From: a virus
Lineage: Duplodnaviria; Caudoviricetes
Length of the DNA: 27,735 nucleotides
IMG/VR virus record: IMGVR_UViG_3300038674_000542
Location: 1-27,735 of that record
Reading direction: 5' to 3' (one strand)
Shown: piece after piece, positions 1 through 8,380 of the stretch
Layout: every line of letters begins with the position of its first letter
Position numbering within the stretch: the first letter of the stretch is position 1
Position numbers and translations under genes: made by a program
Notes under the pieces: generated by a model
What the model was told of the DNA's origin: nothing
The model's database searches: none
What the model saw: only the letters and a program-made list of their open reading frames with translations

Positions 1-108
1 TTTTAAAGTCTAAGACTCAGGATGTTGACATAAAGGATTCTTATGTTTTAAAGTCTAAGACTCAGGATGTTGACATAAAGGATTCTTATGTTTTAAAGTC
101 GAAGACTA
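1..108 (+). repeat. 45-bp in-frame tandem repeat (2 exact copies plus a diverged start of a third)
   Basis: ttttaaagtctaagactcaggatgttgacataaaggattcttatg at 1-45 and 46-90; 91-108 is ttttaaagtcgaagacta. Confidence 0.95.
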
Positions 109-353
109 AGGAGGAGACGATTTCTGATTCAAACAAGTGTGAGGCTAAGACTCAGGAGTTCAAAGCCACTGGTGGTTCGTTTAAGATTGAGTCGAAAGGA
201 AGTACGGAGTTATTTTCTATTTTATCAGATCTTGTAAATGCTTTAGTTACGGCTTCTCCAGCCACTATTGGTTCTCCAGCGGCTCATGTTTTTAACCCTT
301 CAATAACGGCAGCTTTAGGGAAAGCTAAGACAGACATTGATTTTTTTAAGTAG
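3..353 (+). CDS. 3' end of a gene truncated by the window edge; probable baseplate spike/puncturing protein (gpV/gp5-like C-terminus)
   Basis: Open frame from 3 to TAG at 351-353, missing from the ORF track: (V)LKSKTQDVDIKDSY x2 ... ELFSILSDLVNALVTASPATIGSPAAHVFNPSITAALGKAKTDIDFFK*. The 15-aa beta-strand-like repeats followed by a helix-T-x-G-x-P-helix end resemble spike C-termini. Product is inference. Confidence 0.6.
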   Translation, partial: LKSKTQDVDIKDSYVLKSKTQDVDIKDSYVLKSKTKEETISDSNKCEAKTQEFKATGGSFKIESKGSTELFSILSDLVNALVTASPATIGSPAAHVFNPSITAALGKAKTDIDFFK

Positions 354-403
354 TTTGTTTCGTATTTTGTTAGTGTTTAAGTTTCGAGCAAAGTGTTTTA
401 GTA

Positions 404-808
404 ATGAAGTCTGGCAATAAGATTTACTGGAATTATAGAGTTTTAGCACGAGAGTGTAAGGGTGAGTTAGTTCTTGATATTTACGAGGTGTTTTACAAGG
501 ATGATACTCCTTACTCTCACTCTAAAGAGCCAGTGGTGGTTGGGGGCAGTTCTTTAAGTGATATTAGTAAAGTTTTGTCTTTGATGTTGGAGTGTTTGGA
601 AAAGCCAGCACTTTGGCATGGGGATAGATTTCCACAAGAGTGTGAGTTGGTAAGCACTGTTTATTTTTCTTTAATTAAAAAGTTGGAGGATGACAAATTA
701 AGGCATCCTTTTAAGTACAAGGTTGGTTTTATTAAAGACATGTTGTATTGTTTTGTTACTAACAATAAGTTTTTTCAGTGGATTGGTTATAAATTTAATA
801 AAGATTAA
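404..808 (+). CDS. hypothetical phage protein; N-terminal ~80 aa paralogous to 18003..18707
   Basis: ORF on the coding strand; WNYRV...EVFY...EPV.V.G..LSD....LSLM...LEKP.LW.GDRFP.E is shared with the ORF at 18003. Confidence 0.8.
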   Translation: MKSGNKIYWNYRVLARECKGELVLDIYEVFYKDDTPYSHSKEPVVVGGSSLSDISKVLSLMLECLEKPALWHGDRFPQECELVSTVYFSLIKKLEDDKLRHPFKYKVGFIKDMLYCFVTNNKFFQWIGYKFNKD

Positions 809-813
809 ATATT

Positions 814-928
814 TATCTTTGAGTAGGTTAATCTTGGAGAATGAGATGGGGGTGGGGCTTCAAACCTTTTTGAAATAAAGAATTTCATTGTGATATGAAA
901 TAGAATATCCCTAATCTACTCAAAGATA
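814..928. repeat. 17-bp inverted repeat pair enclosing 81 bp with two internal hairpins
   Basis: TATCTTTGAGTAGGTTA (814-830) and TAATCTACTCAAAGATA (912-928) pair at 16/17 positions plus one G.T; internal stems at 859-874 and 882-901. Confidence 0.85.
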
Positions 929-932
929 TTAA

Positions 933-973
933 TTTTGAATTGTCTTAATCTAAAAGTTTTTGATGTTACATTA
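933..973 (+). promoter_or_regulatory. motif A copy 1: CTAAA-N7-GATGTTACATTA (putative early promoter/operator)
   Basis: CTAAA 950-954, GATGTTACATTA 962-973, ending 20 nt before ATG 994; same spacing at three other intergenic sites. Confidence 0.7.
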
Positions 974-993
974 GAATGGTTAAAAAAGAATAA

Positions 994-1293
994 ATGAGTG
1001 ATTTAGATTCAGTAGGAGAAAAAAGCAGCAATCAGAGGTTAATGGGGGTTGCTTTCATGAATCTTGGGGAGGTTAAGTTAAGGCCAATTTTAATGGATTT
1101 CTTAAAAGAGAATGGTGCTTATGAGGCGTTTGTTAGGAATTGGAAAAGTGGGGATATTATAATTCCATTATCAGAGTTGAACTCTTTAAGAGGTTCTGAT
1201 TGTATAGATTCTGCTTTTGTGTGGGATGACACGCCGGAGAAGTTTGAGTATTGGTTTAACTTGTCACTTAAATTTAGAGAGGTTGATATTTAG
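994..1293 (+). CDS. hypothetical phage protein
   Basis: A-rich leader; AF.W..TPE...YW..L pattern typical of small phage hypotheticals. Confidence 0.75.
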   Translation: MSDLDSVGEKSSNQRLMGVAFMNLGEVKLRPILMDFLKENGAYEAFVRNWKSGDIIIPLSELNSLRGSDCIDSAFVWDDTPEKFEYWFNLSLKFREVDI

Positions 1294-1340
1294 CAATGCT
1301 TTTTGTGTAATTTACATGAATTTTGCAATAAAATTAAGAT

Positions 1341-1697
1341 ATGAGATTTATTAAAGAGTTATTAAAGCAGGAGGCTGCAACAAGCACTGCCAGATACAGG
1401 ACGTTTAACAGTATAGATGCAGGTAATTATCATTTGTCTATTCAAGGGGGTGAGATTTGGGGTTGTATTCCGAAGGGGACTTTTCCAGTTACTGAATACT
1501 CAAATATGGACTTAGCTATTTTTAACAAGAGTGGGTCAATGATAAACATTAAAAGAAGCAGTTTACTTAAAAAGTTTGAAAGGTATAACGAGCTTGTAAA
1601 GTATGCGGATGGTTCAAACTCACGGTCTATTACTTATAAGTTTGTACCAGTTGATTTGTTGGAGGATTTGTATTGTTTTTTAAAAAGGAGTTGTTAG
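1341..1697 (+). CDS. hypothetical phage protein
   Basis: 118-aa ORF, A-rich leader, coding strand. Confidence 0.75.
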   Translation: MRFIKELLKQEAATSTARYRTFNSIDAGNYHLSIQGGEIWGCIPKGTFPVTEYSNMDLAIFNKSGSMINIKRSSLLKKFERYNELVKYADGSNSRSITYKFVPVDLLEDLYCFLKRSC

Positions 1698-1791
1698 GTT
1701 ATATTATTTTTAAAGTAATTTGATTAGACTGCAGCAGTTATCAAGCTGAAAAAATTTAGAGATTCTTATTGCGGGTTTTAATTTAGGTAAA

Positions 1792-2052
1792 ATGAAGGCA
1801 TTGACAGATAAAATTATTGATTTGATGGTTGCTTACAAAGAGGAGCACCATAATGAAATTGTAAAGAAGTCAGTTGAGAGTTTAATTGAGCAGATAAAAA
1901 GTCTTGAGGACGAGGCTGAGTTTGAGGAGGTGGCTCGTGTGGTAATGAAACACTTGAGTAATGGTGGGAGGTATCATTTTCATTACACTGCTTTAGTTAC
2001 AAATTCTACTGCTGAGTTAGTTAGTGGTGTTAGTTCGGTCGGTTTTTTGTAG
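1792..2052 (+). CDS. hypothetical phage protein
   Basis: 86-aa ORF on the coding strand filling the gap before the protease. Confidence 0.7.
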   Translation: MKALTDKIIDLMVAYKEEHHNEIVKKSVESLIEQIKSLEDEAEFEEVARVVMKHLSNGGRYHFHYTALVTNSTAELVSGVSSVGFL

Positions 2053-2058
2053 CAATAA

Positions 2059-2073
2059 TTGTATAATCTGAAA
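2059..2073 (+). promoter_or_regulatory. motif B copy: TTGTATAATCTGAAA (putative late promoter)
   Basis: GTATAAT(T/C)TGAAA also occurs at 23627 and 27540, with a variant at 20127, each upstream of a head-related or uncharacterised gene. Confidence 0.6.
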
Positions 2074-2082
2074 AAGATTAAG

Positions 2083-2925
2083 ATGGTTTCTAAGATACAC
2101 ATTTATCATAGGGATAAATTCACCAAGTTGCAGGATTCAAGGTCTTTTGGGGTGATTCCTGACGGGGCTGTTTTGGTGGAGGGATTTTTATCAAAGTCTG
2201 AGGATGTTACATCCAGTAATGGTTATAGGTATGAGCCAGATTTTTGGGGTCAGGTTACTTCGAGGAAGGAGTTTAAAGATCGTTTAAAGGCGAGGGAGAT
2301 GTTGGGTTGTATTGAGCATCCGAAGGATGATGAGGACTACTTATACACACCTTATAATAAGGCTGCTTTGATTGTTTTGGATGTGACTATGAAGGGAACA
2401 GATCCTTATGGCATTATTGGTTTGTTGAACAATGATGAGGGTACTTATTTAAAGTCTATTGTTGAGTTTGGGTCTCGTATAGGGGTTAGCACTCGAGGTG
2501 TTGGGGCTACCAAGTTTAAGGATGGTGTTACTGTTGTAGATCCTGTTGGTTATTCGGTAATTACGTGGGATTCAGTTTGTAATCCTAATTTACCAGTTAC
2601 TTTGGGCATTATTTCAGATTCTATGATGAAGTCTCAGAGGTTTATTGAGATGTTTGGGGCTGTTAAGTTAAGGGATTCTGGGTCGACAGACTTCAACAGG
2701 TCTAATTTGGACGCTGATATTAAGAAGATGCATGATGAGGCTCAGGCTTACTTAATGGCTTCGAGGGGTGTTAAGAAGGCTTTGTTGGGTGATGGGTCTT
2801 TGTTGGTTCGGGCTAAGAGGGAGTACGACAAGTTTATTTCGGATGGAGGAACAAACGAGATGTTGATGCTTAAGAAGGATTCTTACCCTTTGGCTTATGC
2901 GTATTTAAGGTCTTTGATTGGATAA
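2083..2925 (+). CDS. prohead core protease, T4 gp21-like
   Basis: NGYRY, LGCIEHP (catalytic His region), IGVSTRGVG (catalytic Ser, cf. T4 gp21 GVSSRGLG), ITWDSVCNP. ATG 2083 preferred to TTG 2059, which lies inside motif B. Confidence 0.9.
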   Translation: MVSKIHIYHRDKFTKLQDSRSFGVIPDGAVLVEGFLSKSEDVTSSNGYRYEPDFWGQVTSRKEFKDRLKAREMLGCIEHPKDDEDYLYTPYNKAALIVLDVTMKGTDPYGIIGLLNNDEGTYLKSIVEFGSRIGVSTRGVGATKFKDGVTVVDPVGYSVITWDSVCNPNLPVTLGIISDSMMKSQRFIEMFGAVKLRDSGSTDFNRSNLDADIKKMHDEAQAYLMASRGVKKALLGDGSLLVRAKREYDKFISDGGTNEMLMLKKDSYPLAYAYLRSLIG

Positions 2926-2940
2926 ATTTTAATAGAGGTG

Positions 2941-2999
2941 GGTGTTTTGTGAATTGGCACAAGGTCGTATGGCCAGCAGGTTCGAGTCCTGAAGCACCA
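2941..2999 (+). ncRNA. 59-nt tRNA-like RNA with a truncated anticodon arm (not a decoding tRNA)
   Basis: Acceptor GGTGTTT/AAGCACC; D-like arm TGTG-AATTGG-CACA; short arm GGTC-GTAT-GGCC; T-arm CAGG-TTCGAGT-CCTG. Confidence 0.65.
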
Positions 3000-3026
3000 C
3001 GATTTGCTTTGTTTTTATTGTTCACG

Positions 3027-3060
3027 AGGTGGTGGCTATGTTTATGGTCACCACTTTTTT
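3027..3060 (+). terminator. intrinsic terminator after the protease and tRNA-like RNA
   Basis: GTGGTGGCTAT-GTTT-ATGGTCACCAC followed by TTTTTT. Confidence 0.85.
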
Positions 3061-3103
3061 GTTGTGGCATTTAATATTTTGTACAATTAAAAAATGAGTT
3101 AGT

Positions 3104-3421
3104 ATGGATTTTCCTTTGGTTTTGGAGACTTGTGAGTTTGTAGATGATGTTGAGCAGCTTAAGCAGTCTATATCTTTGATTTTAAAGAACGTGGTAGGGT
3201 CTTTTATTCAGGATTTTAGGATTGGGGCTTTGTTTGATGTTCACGTTTTTGATTATGCAATGATTCACGCTGGGGTTTACCAGTCTTTGTCAATATTTCC
3301 TATTGAGGTTCAGTCTGTTAGTGTTCAGCCCCCTTTGAGTGAGGGTAACACTGAGGAGTGTCGTATTGATGTTTCTTACATATACAACAATGAGTTATCT
3401 ACTTTTAAGAATTACAATTAA
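3104..3421 (+). CDS. baseplate wedge subunit, gp25/GPW-like
   Basis: 105 aa; EQLKQSISLIL...GSFIQDFRIGA...RIDVSY pattern; first gene of the baseplate cluster. Confidence 0.65.
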   Translation: MDFPLVLETCEFVDDVEQLKQSISLILKNVVGSFIQDFRIGALFDVHVFDYAMIHAGVYQSLSIFPIEVQSVSVQPPLSEGNTEECRIDVSYIYNNELSTFKNYN

Positions 3422-3648
3422 TGACTGCTAATGAGCTTTTACAGGTTTACCCAGTATTAACGTATACTCCTTCGGCTGGTGACACGTTGTTTTCTGTTTC
3501 GGCACGTTTGTATGGTTCTTTTGATGATATTTACCTTTCATTTTTAAAGACTGTTAATCGGCGTTATGACTGGTCGTGTTTGCAGGGGGGTGTTAAGATA
3601 CGGTATATTTCTAAGGAGCATGTTAAATATTTCAATGAGATACAATGA
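3421..3648 (+). CDS. LysM-fold baseplate/tail protein (P2 gpX / T4 gp53-like)
   Basis: YTPSAGDTLFSVSARLYG...N...LQGGVKI LysM-like pattern; overlaps both neighbours. Confidence 0.7.
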   Translation: MTANELLQVYPVLTYTPSAGDTLFSVSARLYGSFDDIYLSFLKTVNRRYDWSCLQGGVKIRYISKEHVKYFNEIQ

Positions 3649-6044
3649 GATTACTTCAGGATTTAAAAAATAGTTTGGCTTCGATGTTACAGCAGGGGTC
3701 TCCTACTTGGAGGCGGTTGTTACGTGGGTTGCTTGGTCAGGAGTTGCTTGCTTGGGGAGCGAGTGTGGTTTATTTGGATGACTTGGCTTATGATTCTTTA
3801 ACGAGAGACTTGCACCCATCGTCGGCTTCTGATTTGGGTTTGTCTTTGTTGTCGGCTTCTTATTCGATTCCATTTCAAAATTTCACTCCAGGAGTAATGT
3901 TACGCAAGGTTCAGGTTTCGAGTGTGGTTAAGCCATACGGGATGAGTTACACATTTAATGCTACCAAGTGGTTTAATATAAACCCTATTTTGCCTTCTGG
4001 TGATGATCAGATTGTGGAGTTGTATCAGGGAGTTCCTTTGGCTATGGTTTCGGAGGGTTCTGTTTTCAAGGAGACTTACGAGTCAATATCAGAGATTTTG
4101 GATGTTCGGAGTTCTGATATTTTTATGGATGAGGACAGATCATTTTTTTATGTAAAGTTAAGGGGAGACCACATAATTCCCAAGTCGGTAAGGGTTCAGG
4201 TTTTGGAGGTTGTTTCTGGGGTTACAAAGGCGAGGTTTATGCCTATGGATGAGTTTTCCTCAGAGAGTTACTTTTCTGTTTACACTTTGCCAGATGGTTC
4301 TCAGGCTGTTCGTTTTCATAGTTCTATTCCTGACAGGTATCAGATTACTTATTTTTCAGCTTCTATGAGTGTTCCAGACTCTTTAAATGACGACACTTTG
4401 CAGAGTTCTAATATTATTCAAATAACTAATCCGTCTATTTCATCTTTGTCTAAGAGGTCGGATTTTATTAAGGAGATGTCTAAGTTTTCGGCGATAGCCA
4501 CAATTCCTCAGGTGGAGGCTTTTTGTAAGGCTTCGGGTGTTGTGGATGCTAAGGCAGTTAGGAGTAAGACGGTTCACGGGTTTCCAGAGGTTTCCGTGTT
4601 TTTCATTCCGACAGTAGGGGGTGATGCAATAAATTCATTTTACGAGGGTTCTTTATCTGAGGCGTTGGGTTTGTATGGTTCGTTTTCACATTTTAATGTT
4701 TTGGCGGGGATTGAGGTTTTATTTCAGGTAAGAGTTTCCTCATTTTCGGCTTTTATAGATTTTTCATCTTTGGGTGTAGTCATTAGGCAGTATTTTTCAG
4801 TTGAATCACCAGAGTCATTTTCAAGAGACTTGTCGGAGGCTTTGATGGTGTATTTGCACAAGAGTGGGTTTTCTGACATTCAGGCTTCTTTTGTTTTGCA
4901 CATTCCAAAGAAGGACGTTTTTTTAATTCCAGATTTTTCTGGGGTGCTAACTAATTACAAGTTTTATGATTTTAATGGGGTTTTGGATCGTTGGAGTTTT
5001 GGAAGTGACATTTTAGGAGTATTTGAAAGTGCACCTAATTTTTTCAGTCAGACTGACCAGGTTTTTGCGATGACGAGTTCTGTTTTAGTTCAGAGGACTG
5101 GTTATTATGACGTCAGTGATAAATTTGGTTTAAAGAAGTTTTATATATTCAACCGAGAGACTGGCAGGGGTTCATTTTTGAATTTAAACAATGACAATTA
5201 CAATTTCAGTATTTTGGATGCTGGTTCGGACATGGTGTTTTTTTCGAGGATTGGGTATCCTTCTTTGGTTTATGTTTTAAGGATGGATGATGAGGCTCAG
5301 CTTTATGCTTGTTCTAATGGTGTTTTGCCCAAGTTGTTGGAGATAAACAGTTTACCAACAGGCTTGGGTTACAAATTGTCGGTGTTTGATGACGGGTATT
5401 TTGGGGTTGTTAGTGGTTCAACTTATTGGTTGTACAGGCATATTGGCTCATCAGTAAGTAATATTGGGAGTTTTCAAGATTTGTTATTTGTTTACAAGGG
5501 TAAGTTTTACTTCAAGACAGCAAGTGTTGGTTCTACTGAGTTGATTCGTAAGGATGATTTAAGCGGGTCTCGGTTTGTGGTCATAAATTTTTCTATTAAC
5601 AACCCGCTGGATGTTGGTTTAAGTGTAGAGGAGTTTTTCACCAGTAAGATTTCGATTAAGGATGATATTTTCACGGTGGTTCGTGTTTTGGGTAATAAGA
5701 CTACGACTTTCATGTTTAGTGCTATGGCTGTTAGTAATTCTTTTGTATTAATGCCATTTTCAGATATTCTTTTAGAAGGTTTTAACACTACTGCAAAGCT
5801 TTCCAAGTACCCAGTTTCATGGGCTACTACTTTGTGTTATTTTGATGGTAGTGTTTGGAGTGCTTTTGTAAGCCCCAAGTTTGCTCAGAAGGTTGGGTCT
5901 GTTTTGTCAGACGGGTCTCCGTTGTTTGATGGAGACTATGATTATGATTATTTAACAGTGGAGACTCAGGCTGTAAAGCCATTTGTTAATGAGTTTGGGG
6001 CTGCTTATTTTAGGTTGAATTCACAGAACCCTGTTATTGAGTAG
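3645..6044 (+). CDS. large baseplate wedge protein (gp6/J-like), with a beta-rich C-terminal half
   Basis: 799 aa after the gp25-like and LysM genes; helical N-terminus GQELL...YL...HPSSA and later GVVDAKAV...VSVFFIP fit the baseplate J/gp6 architecture (inference). Confidence 0.6.
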   Translation: MRLLQDLKNSLASMLQQGSPTWRRLLRGLLGQELLAWGASVVYLDDLAYDSLTRDLHPSSASDLGLSLLSASYSIPFQNFTPGVMLRKVQVSSVVKPYGMSYTFNATKWFNINPILPSGDDQIVELYQGVPLAMVSEGSVFKETYESISEILDVRSSDIFMDEDRSFFYVKLRGDHIIPKSVRVQVLEVVSGVTKARFMPMDEFSSESYFSVYTLPDGSQAVRFHSSIPDRYQITYFSASMSVPDSLNDDTLQSSNIIQITNPSISSLSKRSDFIKEMSKFSAIATIPQVEAFCKASGVVDAKAVRSKTVHGFPEVSVFFIPTVGGDAINSFYEGSLSEALGLYGSFSHFNVLAGIEVLFQVRVSSFSAFIDFSSLGVVIRQYFSVESPESFSRDLSEALMVYLHKSGFSDIQASFVLHIPKKDVFLIPDFSGVLTNYKFYDFNGVLDRWSFGSDILGVFESAPNFFSQTDQVFAMTSSVLVQRTGYYDVSDKFGLKKFYIFNRETGRGSFLNLNNDNYNFSILDAGSDMVFFSRIGYPSLVYVLRMDDEAQLYACSNGVLPKLLEINSLPTGLGYKLSVFDDGYFGVVSGSTYWLYRHIGSSVSNIGSFQDLLFVYKGKFYFKTASVGSTELIRKDDLSGSRFVVINFSINNPLDVGLSVEEFFTSKISIKDDIFTVVRVLGNKTTTFMFSAMAVSNSFVLMPFSDILLEGFNTTAKLSKYPVSWATTLCYFDGSVWSAFVSPKFAQKVGSVLSDGSPLFDGDYDYDYLTVETQAVKPFVNEFGAAYFRLNSQNPVIE

Positions 6045-6046
6045 TT

Positions 6047-7864
6047 ATGAGTTTTAATAGTCACTTTAAAAATATAATTTTAAGTTCTTTGTTGGATTCT
6101 CCGGCATGGGTTAAGCTTCTTGATTCTGTATTGTTTTTGATGGAGTCTGGAAAGTCTTTTTTAGGAACTTTCAAATTGTTTTTGGGTTTTAAGGGTGGGG
6201 TTAAGGTGGATACTTTGCCGTCTCCTGTAGACGAGTCAGGTTTTAATCCTATATGGGTTGAGCCGATTCCTGTTGTTGAGTTGTTAAACACTCAGGGATT
6301 TAGCAGTGACTTTTTATCATCGTTGGAGATGTTGCCTACTGGTGTTGGCAGGTTGAATTGTGCGTCTCCATATATGTGTTTTAGGGTTTTCAATGCTTTG
6401 GGTATTCCGAGAAACAGATTTATGTTACTTGGCAGTGATTCTAGTTTTTTGGATAACAGAAGGGTAATAGACAACTTTTTATATTTGACTGGTGTTGTGC
6501 CTTCGGTTAATGAGGGTTCGGTGGTTTACACTTACAGGTCGTTATCTCCTTTGAGGGATGGTGATTTGGTTTATATCAGGGGTGTTAAGAGGTCTATTTT
6601 GTCTTTTTCTGAGGAATTTGTAGAGTTGAATATTTTAAATCCAGCACCGTTGGGTGTTTATTCTATTGAGAGGGTTGATTCATTATATCCGTTGTGGACT
6701 ACTACTGGTGTGTTGGCGTGTGTATATAATGGAGTTCCGTCTCAGTTGGTGTATGATAGGTACTTTCCAGCTCATCTTTTTGGCACTTCTTTTTTAAGCA
6801 GTGAGTTGGGTCAGGTGTCTTTGGGGGTGTCAGTTCCAGATTCAGGATTATTAAAAAAGTTTTGGTTGGTGAATGGGATTGCTTTGTCATCTTTTGTCAG
6901 TTCATCAGAGAATGTTTTAACGGCTTCTATTTTGGATTCGATGTCTATTTCAGATCAGCTTTGTAAGACAGTAACTGCTGATTGGGTTGCTGGGGGTAAG
7001 AGGATGAGTAACATTTTAGATGTATACTGTTTAGTTCAGTGGGTTAATTTGCCAGAGTTTTCCACTTCGGTGTATGCTTATTTATTTAACATTTTGGATA
7101 TAGGAGACTTGTATGAGGAGAATGCTACTATGCCTTTATATGCGGAGACTCCTGATGGGGATGTTCAGTTGGAGACAGAGAACTTTGAGAGTTATGCGAT
7201 ACCTTTTTCTTCAAGAGAGCTTCGTTACATGGATGTTTCTGTTTTTCTGTTTTTCAAGACTTCGGAGGATTTTTCATTTGGGTTTTCTTATGGAGACTTA
7301 GATGACACTGTTAATTTTACTTGGAGTGCCTCGTCAAAGACGGCGTCGCTTGGAGGGAGTTCGGTTGTTTTAGATTCACTTGGGGGTTCTGCTGGTTTGG
7401 CTTTTAATATCAGGGATTCTTATGTAACGGCTCAGGTAAACGGCATACAGGTTGGGGTTGTTTCTGGTTTTGATCCTTTGGTTTTGTTTAACGGGTTTAC
7501 TGCTAATGCTTTAGTTTACGCAGTTCGTATAGGAAGGTCAGGTGTTTGGTGCACTGCTGATGGAGTGTACATTAATGGGGTATTGTCGGGTTTTGCTTCT
7601 GTTCTTTCAGAGCACAAGGTAGCGGAGATAAGGTCTGTTAGTTATGGTCAAGGTTTTGCGTCTAAGATACAGGTTGATATTTTAAAGTATAGTTTGCCGG
7701 TTGTTTTTGTGTATAATTTCAGACATGCGTGGTCGGGTTTGGAGATTTCTTGGGATTTTGACATAGTTGAGCCAGTTTACTTTGATAAGCGATTTGTTTC
7801 ATTTAGAGATTCTGTTGGGGCTTTGGATTTTTTAAATAATGATTTAATTAGTAATGAAGAGTAG
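6047..7864 (+). CDS. putative baseplate/tail structural protein (gp7/gpI position)
   Basis: 605-aa beta-rich ORF coupled to its neighbours; function from context only. Confidence 0.55.
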   Translation: MSFNSHFKNIILSSLLDSPAWVKLLDSVLFLMESGKSFLGTFKLFLGFKGGVKVDTLPSPVDESGFNPIWVEPIPVVELLNTQGFSSDFLSSLEMLPTGVGRLNCASPYMCFRVFNALGIPRNRFMLLGSDSSFLDNRRVIDNFLYLTGVVPSVNEGSVVYTYRSLSPLRDGDLVYIRGVKRSILSFSEEFVELNILNPAPLGVYSIERVDSLYPLWTTTGVLACVYNGVPSQLVYDRYFPAHLFGTSFLSSELGQVSLGVSVPDSGLLKKFWLVNGIALSSFVSSSENVLTASILDSMSISDQLCKTVTADWVAGGKRMSNILDVYCLVQWVNLPEFSTSVYAYLFNILDIGDLYEENATMPLYAETPDGDVQLETENFESYAIPFSSRELRYMDVSVFLFFKTSEDFSFGFSYGDLDDTVNFTWSASSKTASLGGSSVVLDSLGGSAGLAFNIRDSYVTAQVNGIQVGVVSGFDPLVLFNGFTANALVYAVRIGRSGVWCTADGVYINGVLSGFASVLSEHKVAEIRSVSYGQGFASKIQVDILKYSLPVVFVYNFRHAWSGLEISWDFDIVEPVYFDKRFVSFRDSVGALDFLNNDLISNEE

Positions 7865-8363
7865 TTCAAATACAGTCAGTGGTGTAAGTGTTTCAGGTGT
7901 TTTAAGGTTAAGAATTTACGACATTGATGGGAATCTTATAAAAGAATTGGTTGGGAGCAACTTGGTAGTTAATTCTGGGCTTCAGGTTCTTTTAAGGGTT
8001 ATTGGTGGAAGTCAGAGTATATTAATTGACAGGGTTGCGGTTGGGACAGGTGTTGAGGCTGCAAAGGCTGAGGATATTTCTTTAACAGACCCACAGTATT
8101 TCAGTTTGGAGGGTTTTCCAGTTGCTTATTATAACAACAATGTAATTTTTAATTTTATTATTGATTTTGTTCAGGCTGTTGGGGTTGTTATAGGTGAGTT
8201 TGGTTTGTTCACTTCGGATGGTGTTTTGTTTTCGAGGAAGGTTGTAGAGCCTTTTGAGAAGACGGCAACGATTAGTGTTGTTGGGGAGTGGATAATAACT
8301 TTGGAGGCACCTGAGGGAGAGCCAGGAGATTTTTCATATGATTTTTCAAGTGATTTTAATTAA
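7854..8363 (+). CDS. tail fibre attachment / tail-collar-fibre N-terminal-like protein
   Basis: NLVVNSG...VAVGTG...D.SL...IGEFGLF..DG.LFSR...F.K...W.I pattern; ends in GDFSYDFSSDFN. Confidence 0.7.
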   Translation: MKSSSNTVSGVSVSGVLRLRIYDIDGNLIKELVGSNLVVNSGLQVLLRVIGGSQSILIDRVAVGTGVEAAKAEDISLTDPQYFSLEGFPVAYYNNNVIFNFIIDFVQAVGVVIGEFGLFTSDGVLFSRKVVEPFEKTATISVVGEWIITLEAPEGEPGDFSYDFSSDFN

Positions 8364-8380
8364 AAATAAATTTATAAGTT

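Noticed and set aside
1-108. CRISPR array
   Set aside because: Repeats are contiguous, without spacers, and in frame within a CDS. The same applies to the 12-bp repeat at the end.
3-135. DIKDS / TISDS as protease sites
   Set aside because: They are part of the 15-aa structural repeat of a probable spike protein, which is not expected inside the prohead. This shows the short motif can occur by chance.
814-928. Retron msr-msd or IS element
   Set aside because: No reverse transcriptase or transposase in the window and no clear target-site duplication; kept only as an unexplained structured element.
2059-2082. Shared 'MYNLK' N-terminus of ORFs 2059 and 23625 as a protein signal
   Set aside because: Artefact of TTG starts inside the DNA motif TTGTATAAT(T/C)TGAAA; downstream ATGs with A-rich leaders are more plausible.
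2941-2999. Calling this a functional tRNA (e.g. Tyr from GTA)
   Set aside because: The anticodon arm is 4 bp with a 4-nt loop and the total length is 59 nt, so it cannot present a standard anticodon.
2870-3070. 66-aa minus-strand ORF
   Set aside because: Antisense to the protease end, the tRNA-like element and the terminator; no protein-like features; all real genes are on +.
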